Virus record (IMG/VR): IMGVR_UViG_3300027977_001066
Source of the DNA: an uncultured virus (IMG/VR IMGVR_UViG_3300027977_001066)
Lineage: Duplodnaviria; Heunggongvirae; Uroviricota; Caudoviricetes
Strand: one strand, 5' to 3'
DNA: 64,000 nt
The notes beneath the pieces were generated by a model. It had not been told where the DNA came from, did no database searches, and saw nothing but the letters and a program-made list of their open reading frames with translations. Both the position numbers and the translations under genes were made by a program. Positions 48,148 through 57,080 of the stretch are shown in pieces. The first letter of the stretch is position 1. Each line of letters starts with the position of its first letter.

Positions 48148-48834
48148 ATGAGTTATAATAAAACAAAAACTGATCCAGAGTTGGGTCAAAAAGTTCATCT
48201 ACATCTATTAAATATGGGAGTAGAAACACCAATTGACGACACAATTGATTTAGGTGATCGTAAGGATCGCATTGAAAAGATTGAAGGTCATTTCAAGGCT
48301 ATTATGGAAACAATGGGTTTAGACCTAGATGATGATAGTCTCATCGAAACACCCAAACGTGTTGCTAAGATGTATGTGAATGAAATCTTTTGGGGACTTG
48401 ATTATGAAGCATTCCCTAAATGTACAACAGTTGACAACAAGATGCAATATAACGAAATGGTTGTAGAGCGTAATGTTAATGTTCAATCTAACTGCGAACA
48501 TCATTTTGTAGTCATCGATGGATTGGCTACTGTAGCTTATGTCCCTAAACAAAAAGTATTAGGGCTTAGTAAGATAAACCGTATCGTAGAATATTTTAGC
48601 AAAAGACCTCAAATCCAAGAGAGGTTAACAGAGCAAATTTTTCACACCTTACAGTTCATCCTTGATACAGAAGATGTTGCAGTTATGATTGATGCACAGC
48701 ATTATTGTGTTAAGTCACGCGGTGTAGAAGATACAGGTAGTAGTACTGTTACTTGTCGTTTAGGTGGAGGTTTCAAATCAGACCCCGCGGCACGTAGTGA
48801 GTTCTTACAAATTGCTAATAAAGGTTGCAAATAA
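48148..48834 (+). CDS. folE: GTP cyclohydrolase I
   Basis: ETPKRVAKMY, SNCEHHF, GLSKINR, RPQIQERLT, HYCVKSRG. Confidence 0.96.
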   Translation: MSYNKTKTDPELGQKVHLHLLNMGVETPIDDTIDLGDRKDRIEKIEGHFKAIMETMGLDLDDDSLIETPKRVAKMYVNEIFWGLDYEAFPKCTTVDNKMQYNEMVVERNVNVQSNCEHHFVVIDGLATVAYVPKQKVLGLSKINRIVEYFSKRPQIQERLTEQIFHTLQFILDTEDVAVMIDAQHYCVKSRGVEDTGSSTVTCRLGGGFKSDPAARSEFLQIANKGCK

Positions 48835-49031
48835 TGTTAAAAGATAGACGAGTTTTACTAGAGCAAGAAATTACAAAAGCCCACGAAGAGGCTGCTAATT
48901 TGTATTTAGATATTGTTACTAATGACGGTGATATGTCTAGTCCAGAATATCAATCTCTTAAAGATAAAATTACGAATTTACAGTTTGACCTTAACATTGT
49001 AAATAAATTAATCCACAAGGGACACCAATAA
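48834..49031 (+). CDS. Hypothetical coiled-coil protein
   Basis: TAATG-coupled at both ends. Confidence 0.65.
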   Translation: MLKDRRVLLEQEITKAHEEAANLYLDIVTNDGDMSSPEYQSLKDKITNLQFDLNIVNKLIHKGHQ

Positions 49032-49267
49032 TGGGCTTTCGTAAACAAATGGATTACAACAGTGTACATCATCAAATCTATATGAGTGGTGTAGAACTTC
49101 ATAGTAACTATAATGATGGTTTCAATCAATTTGAAATCAAAAAAGATTTACATAAATTAAAATGGTTATTAGATGAAATTATGTCTGATAGTCCTACGTT
49201 TGCAGGTGAAGAAGAATTTTTAAAAGAACATGACCAAACTAAAATGTGGAGAGCACTTTCAAAATGA
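49031..49267 (+). CDS. Hypothetical protein
   Basis: Coupled ORF. Confidence 0.7.
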   Translation: MGFRKQMDYNSVHHQIYMSGVELHSNYNDGFNQFEIKKDLHKLKWLLDEIMSDSPTFAGEEEFLKEHDQTKMWRALSK

Positions 49268-49737
49268 TTTTCAACCACATTAAAAAACTTAAACAAGAAG
49301 GTAAAAAGATTGGTATTACTTTTAGCACATTTGACTTACTACACGCAGGCCACGTTGCTATGTTAAGTGAGGCAAAGAATCATTGTGATTACTTGATTTG
49401 TGGATTACAAACTGATCCAACTATCGATAGACCTGATACTAAGAATAAACCCATTCAAAGTATTGTAGAACGACAAATTCAGTTAGCGGCTTGTCGCTAT
49501 GTTGATGAAGTAGTGGTTTATCAAACTGAACAGGACTTAATTGACTTGTTATTAATACTACCAGTAGATGTTCGCATACTAGGTGTAGAATATGCAGAAA
49601 AAGAATTTACCGGAAGATATGAAGGTGGAGAACGTGGCATTGAACTTGTGTTTAATGGACGTGACCATAGTTTCAGTAGTTCAAGTTTAAGAAAAAGGGT
49701 AGCTGATGCCCAGATTATTAACACTCTTAATAAATAA
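49264..49737 (+). CDS. TagD-like cytidylyltransferase
   Basis: TFSTFDLLHAGH, CRYVDEV, RDHSFSSSSLRKR; start at the ATGA overlap at 49264. Confidence 0.85.
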   Translation: MIFNHIKKLKQEGKKIGITFSTFDLLHAGHVAMLSEAKNHCDYLICGLQTDPTIDRPDTKNKPIQSIVERQIQLAACRYVDEVVVYQTEQDLIDLLLILPVDVRILGVEYAEKEFTGRYEGGERGIELVFNGRDHSFSSSSLRKRVADAQIINTLNK

Positions 49738-49741
49738 CTAT

Positions 49742-49806
49742 AGCGGTCTTTGGACATCATCCCGCTTTACAAATTCTGCTGCCTATGCTATAATACAACA
49801 TAGGAG
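49742..49806 (+). promoter_or_regulatory. Structured queD leader with embedded TTTACA-N17-TATAAT promoter and RBS-occluding hairpin
   Basis: AGCGG/CCGCT stem (49742-49766); CCTATG (49782-87) pairs with CATAGG (49799-804) over the AGGAG RBS. Confidence 0.55.
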
Positions 49807-49812
49807 AAATTC

Positions 49813-50295
49813 ATGGCAAACAAAAAATTCTTTTCAACAAAAACATACAGACAAATAGGTCCTGTTGCATATCGTCAATGGCGTGCTGACAGTCATTGTA
49901 ATTTAATTCATGGCTATGCTATGAGTTTTCACTTTGAGTTTGAAGCTGATACATTAGACGCACGTAACTGGGTAACTGACTTCGGTGGATTACGACCCCT
50001 CAAAGATAAACTAGAGGAATGGTTTGACCATACTCTATTAGTCGCACAAGATGATCCTATGCGTGATGAACTATTGCGTTTAGGTGAATTGAAACTAGCA
50101 AAGATTACAGAAGTAGAACGTACTGGTTGTGAAGGTATATCTGACTTCTTATACGAATACATTAACACAATTTTCTTACCCAACTGTGGTAGTGAAGAAG
50201 CTAAACGTGTTTGGTGTTGCAGAGTAGAGGTACGTGAGACTGATAGCAATATGGCAGGACGTAGTGGTCATAGGGAAGACGGGGAGTTTGCATAA
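49813..50295 (+). CDS. queD: 6-carboxy-5,6,7,8-tetrahydropterin synthase
   Basis: SHCNLIHGY, WVTDFG.L, FDHTLL, VEVRET. Confidence 0.85.
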   Translation: MANKKFFSTKTYRQIGPVAYRQWRADSHCNLIHGYAMSFHFEFEADTLDARNWVTDFGGLRPLKDKLEEWFDHTLLVAQDDPMRDELLRLGELKLAKITEVERTGCEGISDFLYEYINTIFLPNCGSEEAKRVWCCRVEVRETDSNMAGRSGHREDGEFA

Positions 50296-50726
50296 TGTTT
50301 AGTGTACTCAAATTCATTTGGTTGATTAGTCGTTCCTCTTGGAATATTATAAACCCTAATATGAATCCTCTGCGTCATGCGCCCGTATATGTCAAATACT
50401 TTCTCAGTATCCTACTAGGCTGTTTTTGGAGTCTGGCGTTTGGTCTTTACGTTGGTGAACTACTGACTATCGGCTACAACATGATTGGACACATTGCTAT
50501 CATTAGCATGGTGTTTGCTACTTGGGCAGTGTTTCGTTCAGTAGAAAATACTTATGGTCCACGCGGTGGCACAGTAGACTGGCTACGTATGCCAGATTAC
50601 AGTAGCCGTTGTGACGAACTTACTGAACAACAACGACTTGAAAAAGTACAAGAATGGAACAATCGTAATGTTTGGAACGAACCTAAACATTCTGAAAAAG
50701 ATAAAGAAACTTATTACGGAGCATGA
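50295..50726 (+). CDS. Hypothetical membrane protein
   Basis: Two hydrophobic helices; NPLRHAP motif. Confidence 0.7.
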   Translation: MFSVLKFIWLISRSSWNIINPNMNPLRHAPVYVKYFLSILLGCFWSLAFGLYVGELLTIGYNMIGHIAIISMVFATWAVFRSVENTYGPRGGTVDWLRMPDYSSRCDELTEQQRLEKVQEWNNRNVWNEPKHSEKDKETYYGA

Positions 50727-50839
50727 GTATGACTGTTAATGAAATTATTGCCGTAATAATAATGGTAACTGTAGTAGGAATAGTACTATGGGATATACAC
50801 AAAAATGGATTAAGTAAAGAAGATGAACCAAGAGAATAA
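50723..50839 (+). CDS. Small single-TM protein (38 aa; not in the ORF track)
   Basis: MSMTVNEIIAVIIMVTVVGIVLWDIHK...; ATGA coupling. Confidence 0.55.
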   Translation: MSMTVNEIIAVIIMVTVVGIVLWDIHKNGLSKEDEPRE

Positions 50840-50957
50840 AGAACCTGAAACAGAACAATGGTTAGAAGATATAACCAAACACGCACCGGTTGTGATTCCT
50901 ATTGTGGGAGCAGTATTAAGTTTTATGTTGGCTTTTATTGCCATCACAATGGCTTGA
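50823..50957 (+). CDS. Small C-terminally anchored membrane protein (44 aa; not in the ORF track)
   Basis: MNQENKEPETEQWLEDITKHAPVVIPIVGAVLSFMLAFIAITMA fills the gap before 50959. Confidence 0.6.
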   Translation: MNQENKEPETEQWLEDITKHAPVVIPIVGAVLSFMLAFIAITMA

Positions 50958-50958
50958 T

Positions 50959-51177
50959 ATGGCAATAATCAAATGGATTTGCTTTGGCATTATGTTCGCA
51001 GGAGCCATAGTAGTTAGTTTTAATCTAGATCCTATAATAGGCATTGAGCTACTATTTGTAGGCAACGCCGCTTGGTTGGTAACTGCCGTACGTACTAGAG
51101 ATTGGCCTAGTGCCGCAAACTTTGGCATGCTGGCATCAGTATGGTTTCTAGGTATGTTACAATATTATAAAGGATAA
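50959..51177 (+). CDS. Small multi-TM membrane protein
   Basis: Three hydrophobic segments; start reassigned to 50959. Confidence 0.65.
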   Translation: MAIIKWICFGIMFAGAIVVSFNLDPIIGIELLFVGNAAWLVTAVRTRDWPSAANFGMLASVWFLGMLQYYKG

Positions 51178-51179
51178 AA

Positions 51180-51818
51180 ATGTTAGAAACAATTTGCGAT
51201 ACATTAGTTGAAGCATATAGACGCAACTGGATTACCAGTCGTGATGGCAATGTAAGTATTCGTCATCACGACCGTGACCACTTCTACATCACACCCAGTG
51301 GTGTTCGTAAGCAAACGATGCAACCCGACCAGTTTAAGAAGATTGGGATAATCGATCAGATTTGGCAAGAAGATCCGTCGTTGATAGAACTTCCTTATTC
51401 AGATATAAGCCAAGGATTGAGACCTAGTGGAGAATTGCCTTTGCATTTTGGATTGCAAAAGAGACTAGGACAACACAGTGATGATGTAAGAGTTGTAGTT
51501 CATTTACACCCTACTTATTGTATTGCCGCTATGCACGCCGGTATTGATTTAAGCACTATCAGTAGTGCGTTTCCAGAATTGAATCGTTACACTAAGGTAG
51601 CACCCAATGTAAGGGATGTGGCTCCCATTAGCCAAGAGCTTGCGGATCAATGCCATAATCAATTACAATTAGACAATAAAGGCAACATTGCCTATGACAT
51701 TGTAGGTATTAAAGGACACGGAGTAGTAGCAATTGACACAAGCCCCTGGCGTGCGTTTGAACACATTGAACGATTAGAACATATTTGTCAAATCGTATTA
51801 GCATCAGGAAAATATTAA
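51180..51818 (+). CDS. Class II aldolase/adducin-family protein
   Basis: RDGNVS, ITPSG, PSGELPLH, VVHLHPTY, KGHGVVA. Confidence 0.9.
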   Translation: MLETICDTLVEAYRRNWITSRDGNVSIRHHDRDHFYITPSGVRKQTMQPDQFKKIGIIDQIWQEDPSLIELPYSDISQGLRPSGELPLHFGLQKRLGQHSDDVRVVVHLHPTYCIAAMHAGIDLSTISSAFPELNRYTKVAPNVRDVAPISQELADQCHNQLQLDNKGNIAYDIVGIKGHGVVAIDTSPWRAFEHIERLEHICQIVLASGKY

Positions 51819-51819
51819 A

Positions 51820-52455
51820 ATGAGTTACATTGTAGGATCATTGCCACCAATTAAGTGTTGGATAAAACGTGAATTTCTTTATAACTTTGAAAAGGGGCAC
51901 GGAGAATTAGAACCTGCCATCTGGGTTAGTCTTAAAGCATTGCGTGGACAAGTATTTCGTATTGAAAGTTTATTACCCAATTACGGAGCATTGTATGATA
52001 AACTACCTATACACGCTTATGTATGGAAAAAAGACCACACAGCAACGTTACCTATTGATATGTTACAGCTTTGGGACTGTATGGGGTATCGTTTTACTAT
52101 CATTGAAAAAATAGGATTACGCAATTTAGGTGTTAAGTTTCTAGGTAAAGACAAGGAATGGCATTACGGAACTTATTTGTTTACTGTAGACTTTTGTGCT
52201 GACGGCATGGATGTGGACACAGGCTTTACTGAAGTTGCAGAAGAACACAAATCGTTTAATTTTATTAAGTTAGAAAATGGACAGTTTGCTTGTCAGCCTA
52301 ACAACCGTTGCTTGTGGTACGATCAAAGTTTGATTCCCGGTGAAACTAAATTTCCTGATTTTCAGGCGGCTCAAAATCTATGGACAGTAGATGGTACACG
52401 TAAATGGAGTGCAGGAGATGATTGGTTTTATTCTATTGAGGAAAAACATGAATAG
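51820..52455 (+). CDS. Conserved-looking hypothetical protein
   Basis: 211 aa; LQLWDC...EEHKS...GQFACQPNNR. Confidence 0.75.
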   Translation: MSYIVGSLPPIKCWIKREFLYNFEKGHGELEPAIWVSLKALRGQVFRIESLLPNYGALYDKLPIHAYVWKKDHTATLPIDMLQLWDCMGYRFTIIEKIGLRNLGVKFLGKDKEWHYGTYLFTVDFCADGMDVDTGFTEVAEEHKSFNFIKLENGQFACQPNNRCLWYDQSLIPGETKFPDFQAAQNLWTVDGTRKWSAGDDWFYSIEEKHE

Positions 52456-52639
52456 TTTAGAAAAAATTTGGGCAAGAGCAACCGGCCATTTAATGGGTAA
52501 TACAGATGATGACAGGCCTGATGTTCCTATTCTTACATTGGGTGAAGCGAGGATTGCATTGTTCCTAAAGACTTTCTGGGTGGTGCTACATGTGATAACA
52601 TGTTGTGTCATTATAGCAAATACTATACGTCATTGGTAA
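52448..52639 (+). CDS. Small membrane protein
   Basis: GAGG RBS; start reassigned to 52448; C-terminal TM segment ending ANTIRHW. Confidence 0.65.
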   Translation: MNSLEKIWARATGHLMGNTDDDRPDVPILTLGEARIALFLKTFWVVLHVITCCVIIANTIRHW

Positions 52640-52642
52640 TAA

Positions 52643-52861
52643 ATGAACAAAAAAATAGAAGAACTAGCAAAAGAAGCAGGGTTTGACTGGGCATTAAAAC
52701 GAGCATCACTTGCAGGTCAAACTGCTGATAGTGAATCTATTGAAAAATTTGCTGAATTAATTATACGTGATTGTGCTAAACAAGTTAATCACATTTACAA
52801 ACAAGGTGGCGGCACTTGGGGTGAAGTCATCCTTACCAACTACAACATAAAAATCAAATGA
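52643..52861 (+). CDS. Hypothetical protein
   Basis: IEELAKEAG...EKFAELIIRDCA phage-type small protein. Confidence 0.7.
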   Translation: MNKKIEELAKEAGFDWALKRASLAGQTADSESIEKFAELIIRDCAKQVNHIYKQGGGTWGEVILTNYNIKIK

Positions 52862-53706
52862 GTCATTTAAAAGTATCAGAATTATTTTATAGCATTCAAG
52901 GTGAGGGTAGATACATGGGTGTTCCCAGTGTGTTCTTACGAACATATGGATGTAATTTTACATGCGGTGGCTTCGGTATGCCTAAGGGAGAAATGAGTAG
53001 TGAGAGAGATGTTATTGCAATTAAAGCAGAAGATTATACAGATTATAAATCCTTACCGCTTGTCAGTACAGGATGTGATAGTTACGCAAGCTGGGACCCT
53101 CGCTTTAAACATCTTAGTCCTGTTATCGCTACCGATAGTATTGTTGACAGCATTATGGATATACTTCCTCACAAGCGTTGGATGGATGAACACCTTGTTA
53201 TCACAGGTGGTGAACCTCTTCTTGGATGGCAAAGAGCGTATCCAGACTTACTTTCAAATGAAAAAATGAGAAGTCTTAAAGAGATTACATTCGAAACTAA
53301 CGGTACACAAGAACTTAGTCAAGACCTCACAATATATTTACAGAAGTGGAAGATTAACAGAGAAAAGAATGCATTAACATTTAGTGTTAGTCCTAAACTA
53401 AGTATCAGTGGCGAGAAGTGGCAAGAAGCAATTTGTCCTAGTATTATTCGTCAATATGAAAGTGTAGGTTTTGTTTATCTTAAGTTTGTAGTAGCAACAG
53501 AAGATGATGCACTTGAAGCAGATAAAGCAGTAAAAGAATTTCGCAATGGTGGATTTAGAGGCCCTGTATACTTCATGCCATGCGGTGGCGTAGAGTCATT
53601 ATATAAACTAAATGCAAAGAATGTTGCTATTGAAGCAATGAATCGTGGTTATCGTTATAGTGATAGACTGCAAGTACCGTTATTTAAAAATGAGTGGGGA
53701 ACATGA
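52858..53706 (+). CDS. queE: 7-carboxy-7-deazaguanine synthase (radical SAM)
   Basis: ELFYSIQGEG, GCNFTC...GCDS, ITGGEPLL, FETNGT, SVSPKL, RLQV. Confidence 0.9.
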   Translation: MSHLKVSELFYSIQGEGRYMGVPSVFLRTYGCNFTCGGFGMPKGEMSSERDVIAIKAEDYTDYKSLPLVSTGCDSYASWDPRFKHLSPVIATDSIVDSIMDILPHKRWMDEHLVITGGEPLLGWQRAYPDLLSNEKMRSLKEITFETNGTQELSQDLTIYLQKWKINREKNALTFSVSPKLSISGEKWQEAICPSIIRQYESVGFVYLKFVVATEDDALEADKAVKEFRNGGFRGPVYFMPCGGVESLYKLNAKNVAIEAMNRGYRYSDRLQVPLFKNEWGT

Positions 53707-53945
53707 AAAAATATCAGCACATTGTATTATTGCCATGGGATTATTGGAAATACTATATGGGACCAGACGGTTCTATAAGAGATAAAAATAATCCATTAGA
53801 TTGGTGTGTTGATACTTTTGGTCCTGGTAGAACAAAGTCTAGGTGGACGTATGAATATAAAGATACACAAGATGATGGATTTGAAACTACGTTCAAATTC
53901 ACAGATGAGAAAGATTATATTCATTTTATGTTACGATGGAGATAG
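53703..53945 (+). CDS. Hypothetical protein
   Basis: WC.DTFG...W...F..EKD...F.LRW small phage family; ATGA coupling. Confidence 0.65.
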   Translation: MKKYQHIVLLPWDYWKYYMGPDGSIRDKNNPLDWCVDTFGPGRTKSRWTYEYKDTQDDGFETTFKFTDEKDYIHFMLRWR

Positions 53946-54175
53946 TTATGCCACTAGATAGCATGGGTCATACTTCTGAGTTTAATCGTAATAGTTATCT
54001 AGGAGCAGAACTTAAATTTGTTTGGTTACCTGAAAGATGCAATCTAACAGGTAAACGTATCTGGTTAGTAAAAGCTTACAGACTAACTAGTATCTGGCAC
54101 GGCCCCGATGCTGCCGTATTAGAACACAGTTGGCACGATAAGAATACCCATATTATGTGGTTATTAAAAAGGTAA
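53936..54175 (+). CDS. Hypothetical protein
   Basis: F.WLP.RC.LTGKRIWL motif. Confidence 0.65.
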   Translation: MEIVMPLDSMGHTSEFNRNSYLGAELKFVWLPERCNLTGKRIWLVKAYRLTSIWHGPDAAVLEHSWHDKNTHIMWLLKR

Positions 54176-54179
54176 ATAT

Positions 54180-54353
54180 ATGTATGAATTAAGATATCTT
54201 GTCCGAAACGGTTGGGACGGACCAGAAAAAGTGTTACAATATAGAACACAAATTGAAGTAACAGATTATAGTACAACCACTGATAAAGGTAGTTTTACTA
54301 AAAAGCGTGAATGGACTGAATGGCAAGATGTGCCCACAGTGAAAGATAAATGA
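54180..54353 (+). CDS. Small hypothetical protein MYELRYLVRN...EWQDVPTVKDK (57 aa; not in the ORF track)
   Basis: Fills the gap; ATGA-coupled to the next gene; VLQYR...WQDVP motif. Confidence 0.75.
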   Translation: MYELRYLVRNGWDGPEKVLQYRTQIEVTDYSTTTDKGSFTKKREWTEWQDVPTVKDK

Positions 54354-55741
54354 GAACATACGATAAACGAATTGGCTTCTTAGTAAGCTCACAAACATTG
54401 ATACCACATGGTGGTATAGGACAATTTACAAAAAGCTTTTGTGAATTGATGGATAGTCATAATATTAAAGTTGATATCATTACTGATAAACAACCGCAGA
54501 ATACAGATTTCATCAAGTCACTTAATGCAAAAATTATCGCACCGACTAATGTATTAAAATACACAGACCATAGTGCTATCTTTATGTATGGTGATACATT
54601 CTGCTATGAGCGTATGGCCAACTTCCGTAATAGTATTGTTGAAGCACTAGAAGAAAATATGTATGATGCACTCGTATGTAATACATATGAAACTGTGCAA
54701 TTAGCTTCAACTATGGGATTAGAAGATATTATTCAAATTATTGCGTACACTCACTTAGAAAGTCAAATCTTTACTAATACTTCAAATCCATTTCTATTAA
54801 GTACGAATGAAATGATGCGTAAACAATTAGAGATGAATGCATTGTTTATAGGGACACAAAGTAAATACAATCAATTGCAATTTCAAAATGCATATGAATT
54901 ACCTATCCCATTGCCAGAAAAAGATTTATTAAAAGAACACCATAAGCCACGTGAAGGTGTACTGTTTATTGGTAGATGGGAAGAGGGTAAGAATCCCGAA
55001 CTCTATTTAGATTTAATTGAGCAAACACGATTGCCAGCAAGAGTAATGACAAGTGCGACTGGTGCTAAAAAGTTTGAAGCACGATTAAAAGAAATTGGTG
55101 TACCATATGAAATTCGTATAGGTATTATTGGTCAAGAGAAGGTTGATTTCATAACTAGTTGTCGTGTTGCATTTAATCCTAGTTTAGTTGAGAGTTACGG
55201 GATTGCATTTTTAGAACAAATGACACAAATGCCAACTGTTGCGTTAGATAATATACGATGGACTAACAATTTTAATAGTCAATATTTTTTCACTTGTACA
55301 AAACAAACAATGGTAACTGTAGTGGAAGCGTTGTATCATTCATATGACACTGCACAAAGTTGGTATGATGAAGGCTCATTAAAACATACTCAAACTATGG
55401 ATAGTTTAGTATTTCATAAATGGAATGATTGTTTTAATCAATTTGCTTGTAAACAATCAAGGAACAGTACTGCAGGTATTTGCAAGACTCTCACTTCTCC
55501 AAATTTAACTGTTAGATATGCAGATTTTATTGCAACCCTAAACAGAAGAATAATCTGCATTGATGATGCCCGTAGTGTGTTTACAAACAAATACAAATAT
55601 CGTGTAATTTATACTGATGACGATACATATTTGACTCTTGATCCTGCATTTGTACCCGCACCAATTGTAATATTGCAACCAACTATACAATCAAATCTTA
55701 CCGGTAACCCAATGGAAGATTTGTTTGAAATTGAGAAATAA
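54350..55741 (+). CDS. GT-B (GT4-like) glycosyltransferase
   Basis: PHGGIGQF, LFIGRWEEGKNP, FNPSLVESYGIAFLE. Confidence 0.8.
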   Translation: MRTYDKRIGFLVSSQTLIPHGGIGQFTKSFCELMDSHNIKVDIITDKQPQNTDFIKSLNAKIIAPTNVLKYTDHSAIFMYGDTFCYERMANFRNSIVEALEENMYDALVCNTYETVQLASTMGLEDIIQIIAYTHLESQIFTNTSNPFLLSTNEMMRKQLEMNALFIGTQSKYNQLQFQNAYELPIPLPEKDLLKEHHKPREGVLFIGRWEEGKNPELYLDLIEQTRLPARVMTSATGAKKFEARLKEIGVPYEIRIGIIGQEKVDFITSCRVAFNPSLVESYGIAFLEQMTQMPTVALDNIRWTNNFNSQYFFTCTKQTMVTVVEALYHSYDTAQSWYDEGSLKHTQTMDSLVFHKWNDCFNQFACKQSRNSTAGICKTLTSPNLTVRYADFIATLNRRIICIDDARSVFTNKYKYRVIYTDDDTYLTLDPAFVPAPIVILQPTIQSNLTGNPMEDLFEIEK

Positions 55742-56259
55742 TGATGAAACAAAAAGTTATAGATTTTATTAATAGTAACAAGTTTAAAAATAAGTTTGGA
55801 ATACCCTTCGTCATTTTTGACGGAGAGCTAAAAAAATACAAAACCGATAAATTACCAAATACCTGTGGTATATATATTACTCATAGTGACAAGTTAGGAA
55901 TAATATATATAGGAATGACTGAATCAAGTGCTAATAGTAGATTTGAAAGGCACATGGGTAGGGCAGACAAAGGTAAAGATTATGACAAAAATAAACCTCA
56001 TAAAGTTTGGGATTATTTTCATAGCTGGTGTAAAACAGAAAGGTATAGTTTAGAACAAGATAGCGATTATATTTTTGTGTCTTTCCAAAACAAAATTACG
56101 AAAAAACAATTAGAATTCTTGGAAAGCGGATTAATCTTTGAATTTCAAACTTTACTGAATGATGATTGTTTTGAATGGTTTGGTTTTCAACAGTTAGAAA
56201 ATCTTAAAGGAACTTTGTCCACGTCAAGAGATACAACAGATTTATTTGAAGGATTATGA
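55741..56259 (+). CDS. GIY-YIG endonuclease (homing-endonuclease-like)
   Basis: CGIYITH...IIYIGMT...SRFERH...LEFLE...LN. Confidence 0.75.
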   Translation: MMKQKVIDFINSNKFKNKFGIPFVIFDGELKKYKTDKLPNTCGIYITHSDKLGIIYIGMTESSANSRFERHMGRADKGKDYDKNKPHKVWDYFHSWCKTERYSLEQDSDYIFVSFQNKITKKQLEFLESGLIFEFQTLLNDDCFEWFGFQQLENLKGTLSTSRDTTDLFEGL

Positions 56260-57080
56260 AAAAGATTTTAATTACAGGTAACAGTGGTTACATTGGTTCA
56301 CATCTTACTAAGATGTTGAAGGGTGAATATCAAGTGTATGGTTTAGATAAAGTAGAACCACAAGAATCACCTTATACATTTTATCAATGTGATATCAATA
56401 GACCATTTAGTTTAGAAGATGAATTTGATTGTGTTATTCATTTAGCCGCATTGGTTAATGTAGGTGAAAGTGAACAGAAACCTATTCAATACTATATTAC
56501 TAATTTGAATGGTACAATGAATGTACTAAACAAGATTAAGACAAAGAACTTTATCTTTGCAAGTACAGGTGCCGCACAAGATTGTGAGAGTGCATATGGT
56601 ATCAGTAAACGTGCGGCAGAGGATGTAGTGAAAGAATATTGTACAACTCATCGTCAAATACCATATACAATCTTTAGATTTTATAATGTTATTGGAAGCG
56701 AAGGCTTTGCTCCCACTAACCCCGATGGGTTAATGTACAATCTCATTATGGCTATGCAATCAAAAGAGTTTACTGTATTTGGTAATGATTATGAAGTATC
56801 ACCCGATGGCACTTGTGTGCGTGATTATGTACACGTAAACGAGATATGTGACGCATTGAAACAAGCTATTGAGAAGCCTAGCAATAGCGTTGAATCACTT
56901 GGTCACGGAGTAGGATATACTGTTAAAGAGATTGTTGATGAGTTTCAAAAAGTCAATGATGTTAGCTTCAACGTGAAATACGGCCCAAGAAGAAAGGGCG
57001 ATATTGCTAGCAGTGTGCTAGAAGATGTGTCACCTTATATGCGTAACTTGTATACGATGGATCAGTTATTGAAGATTTAA
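56256..57080 (+). CDS. NAD-dependent sugar epimerase (GalE-like)
   Basis: ITGNSGYIGS, HLAA...VGES, YGISK, FRFYNV.G, DGTCVRDYVHV, RRKGD. Confidence 0.92.
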   Translation: MKKILITGNSGYIGSHLTKMLKGEYQVYGLDKVEPQESPYTFYQCDINRPFSLEDEFDCVIHLAALVNVGESEQKPIQYYITNLNGTMNVLNKIKTKNFIFASTGAAQDCESAYGISKRAAEDVVKEYCTTHRQIPYTIFRFYNVIGSEGFAPTNPDGLMYNLIMAMQSKEFTVFGNDYEVSPDGTCVRDYVHVNEICDALKQAIEKPSNSVESLGHGVGYTVKEIVDEFQKVNDVSFNVKYGPRRKGDIASSVLEDVSPYMRNLYTMDQLLKI

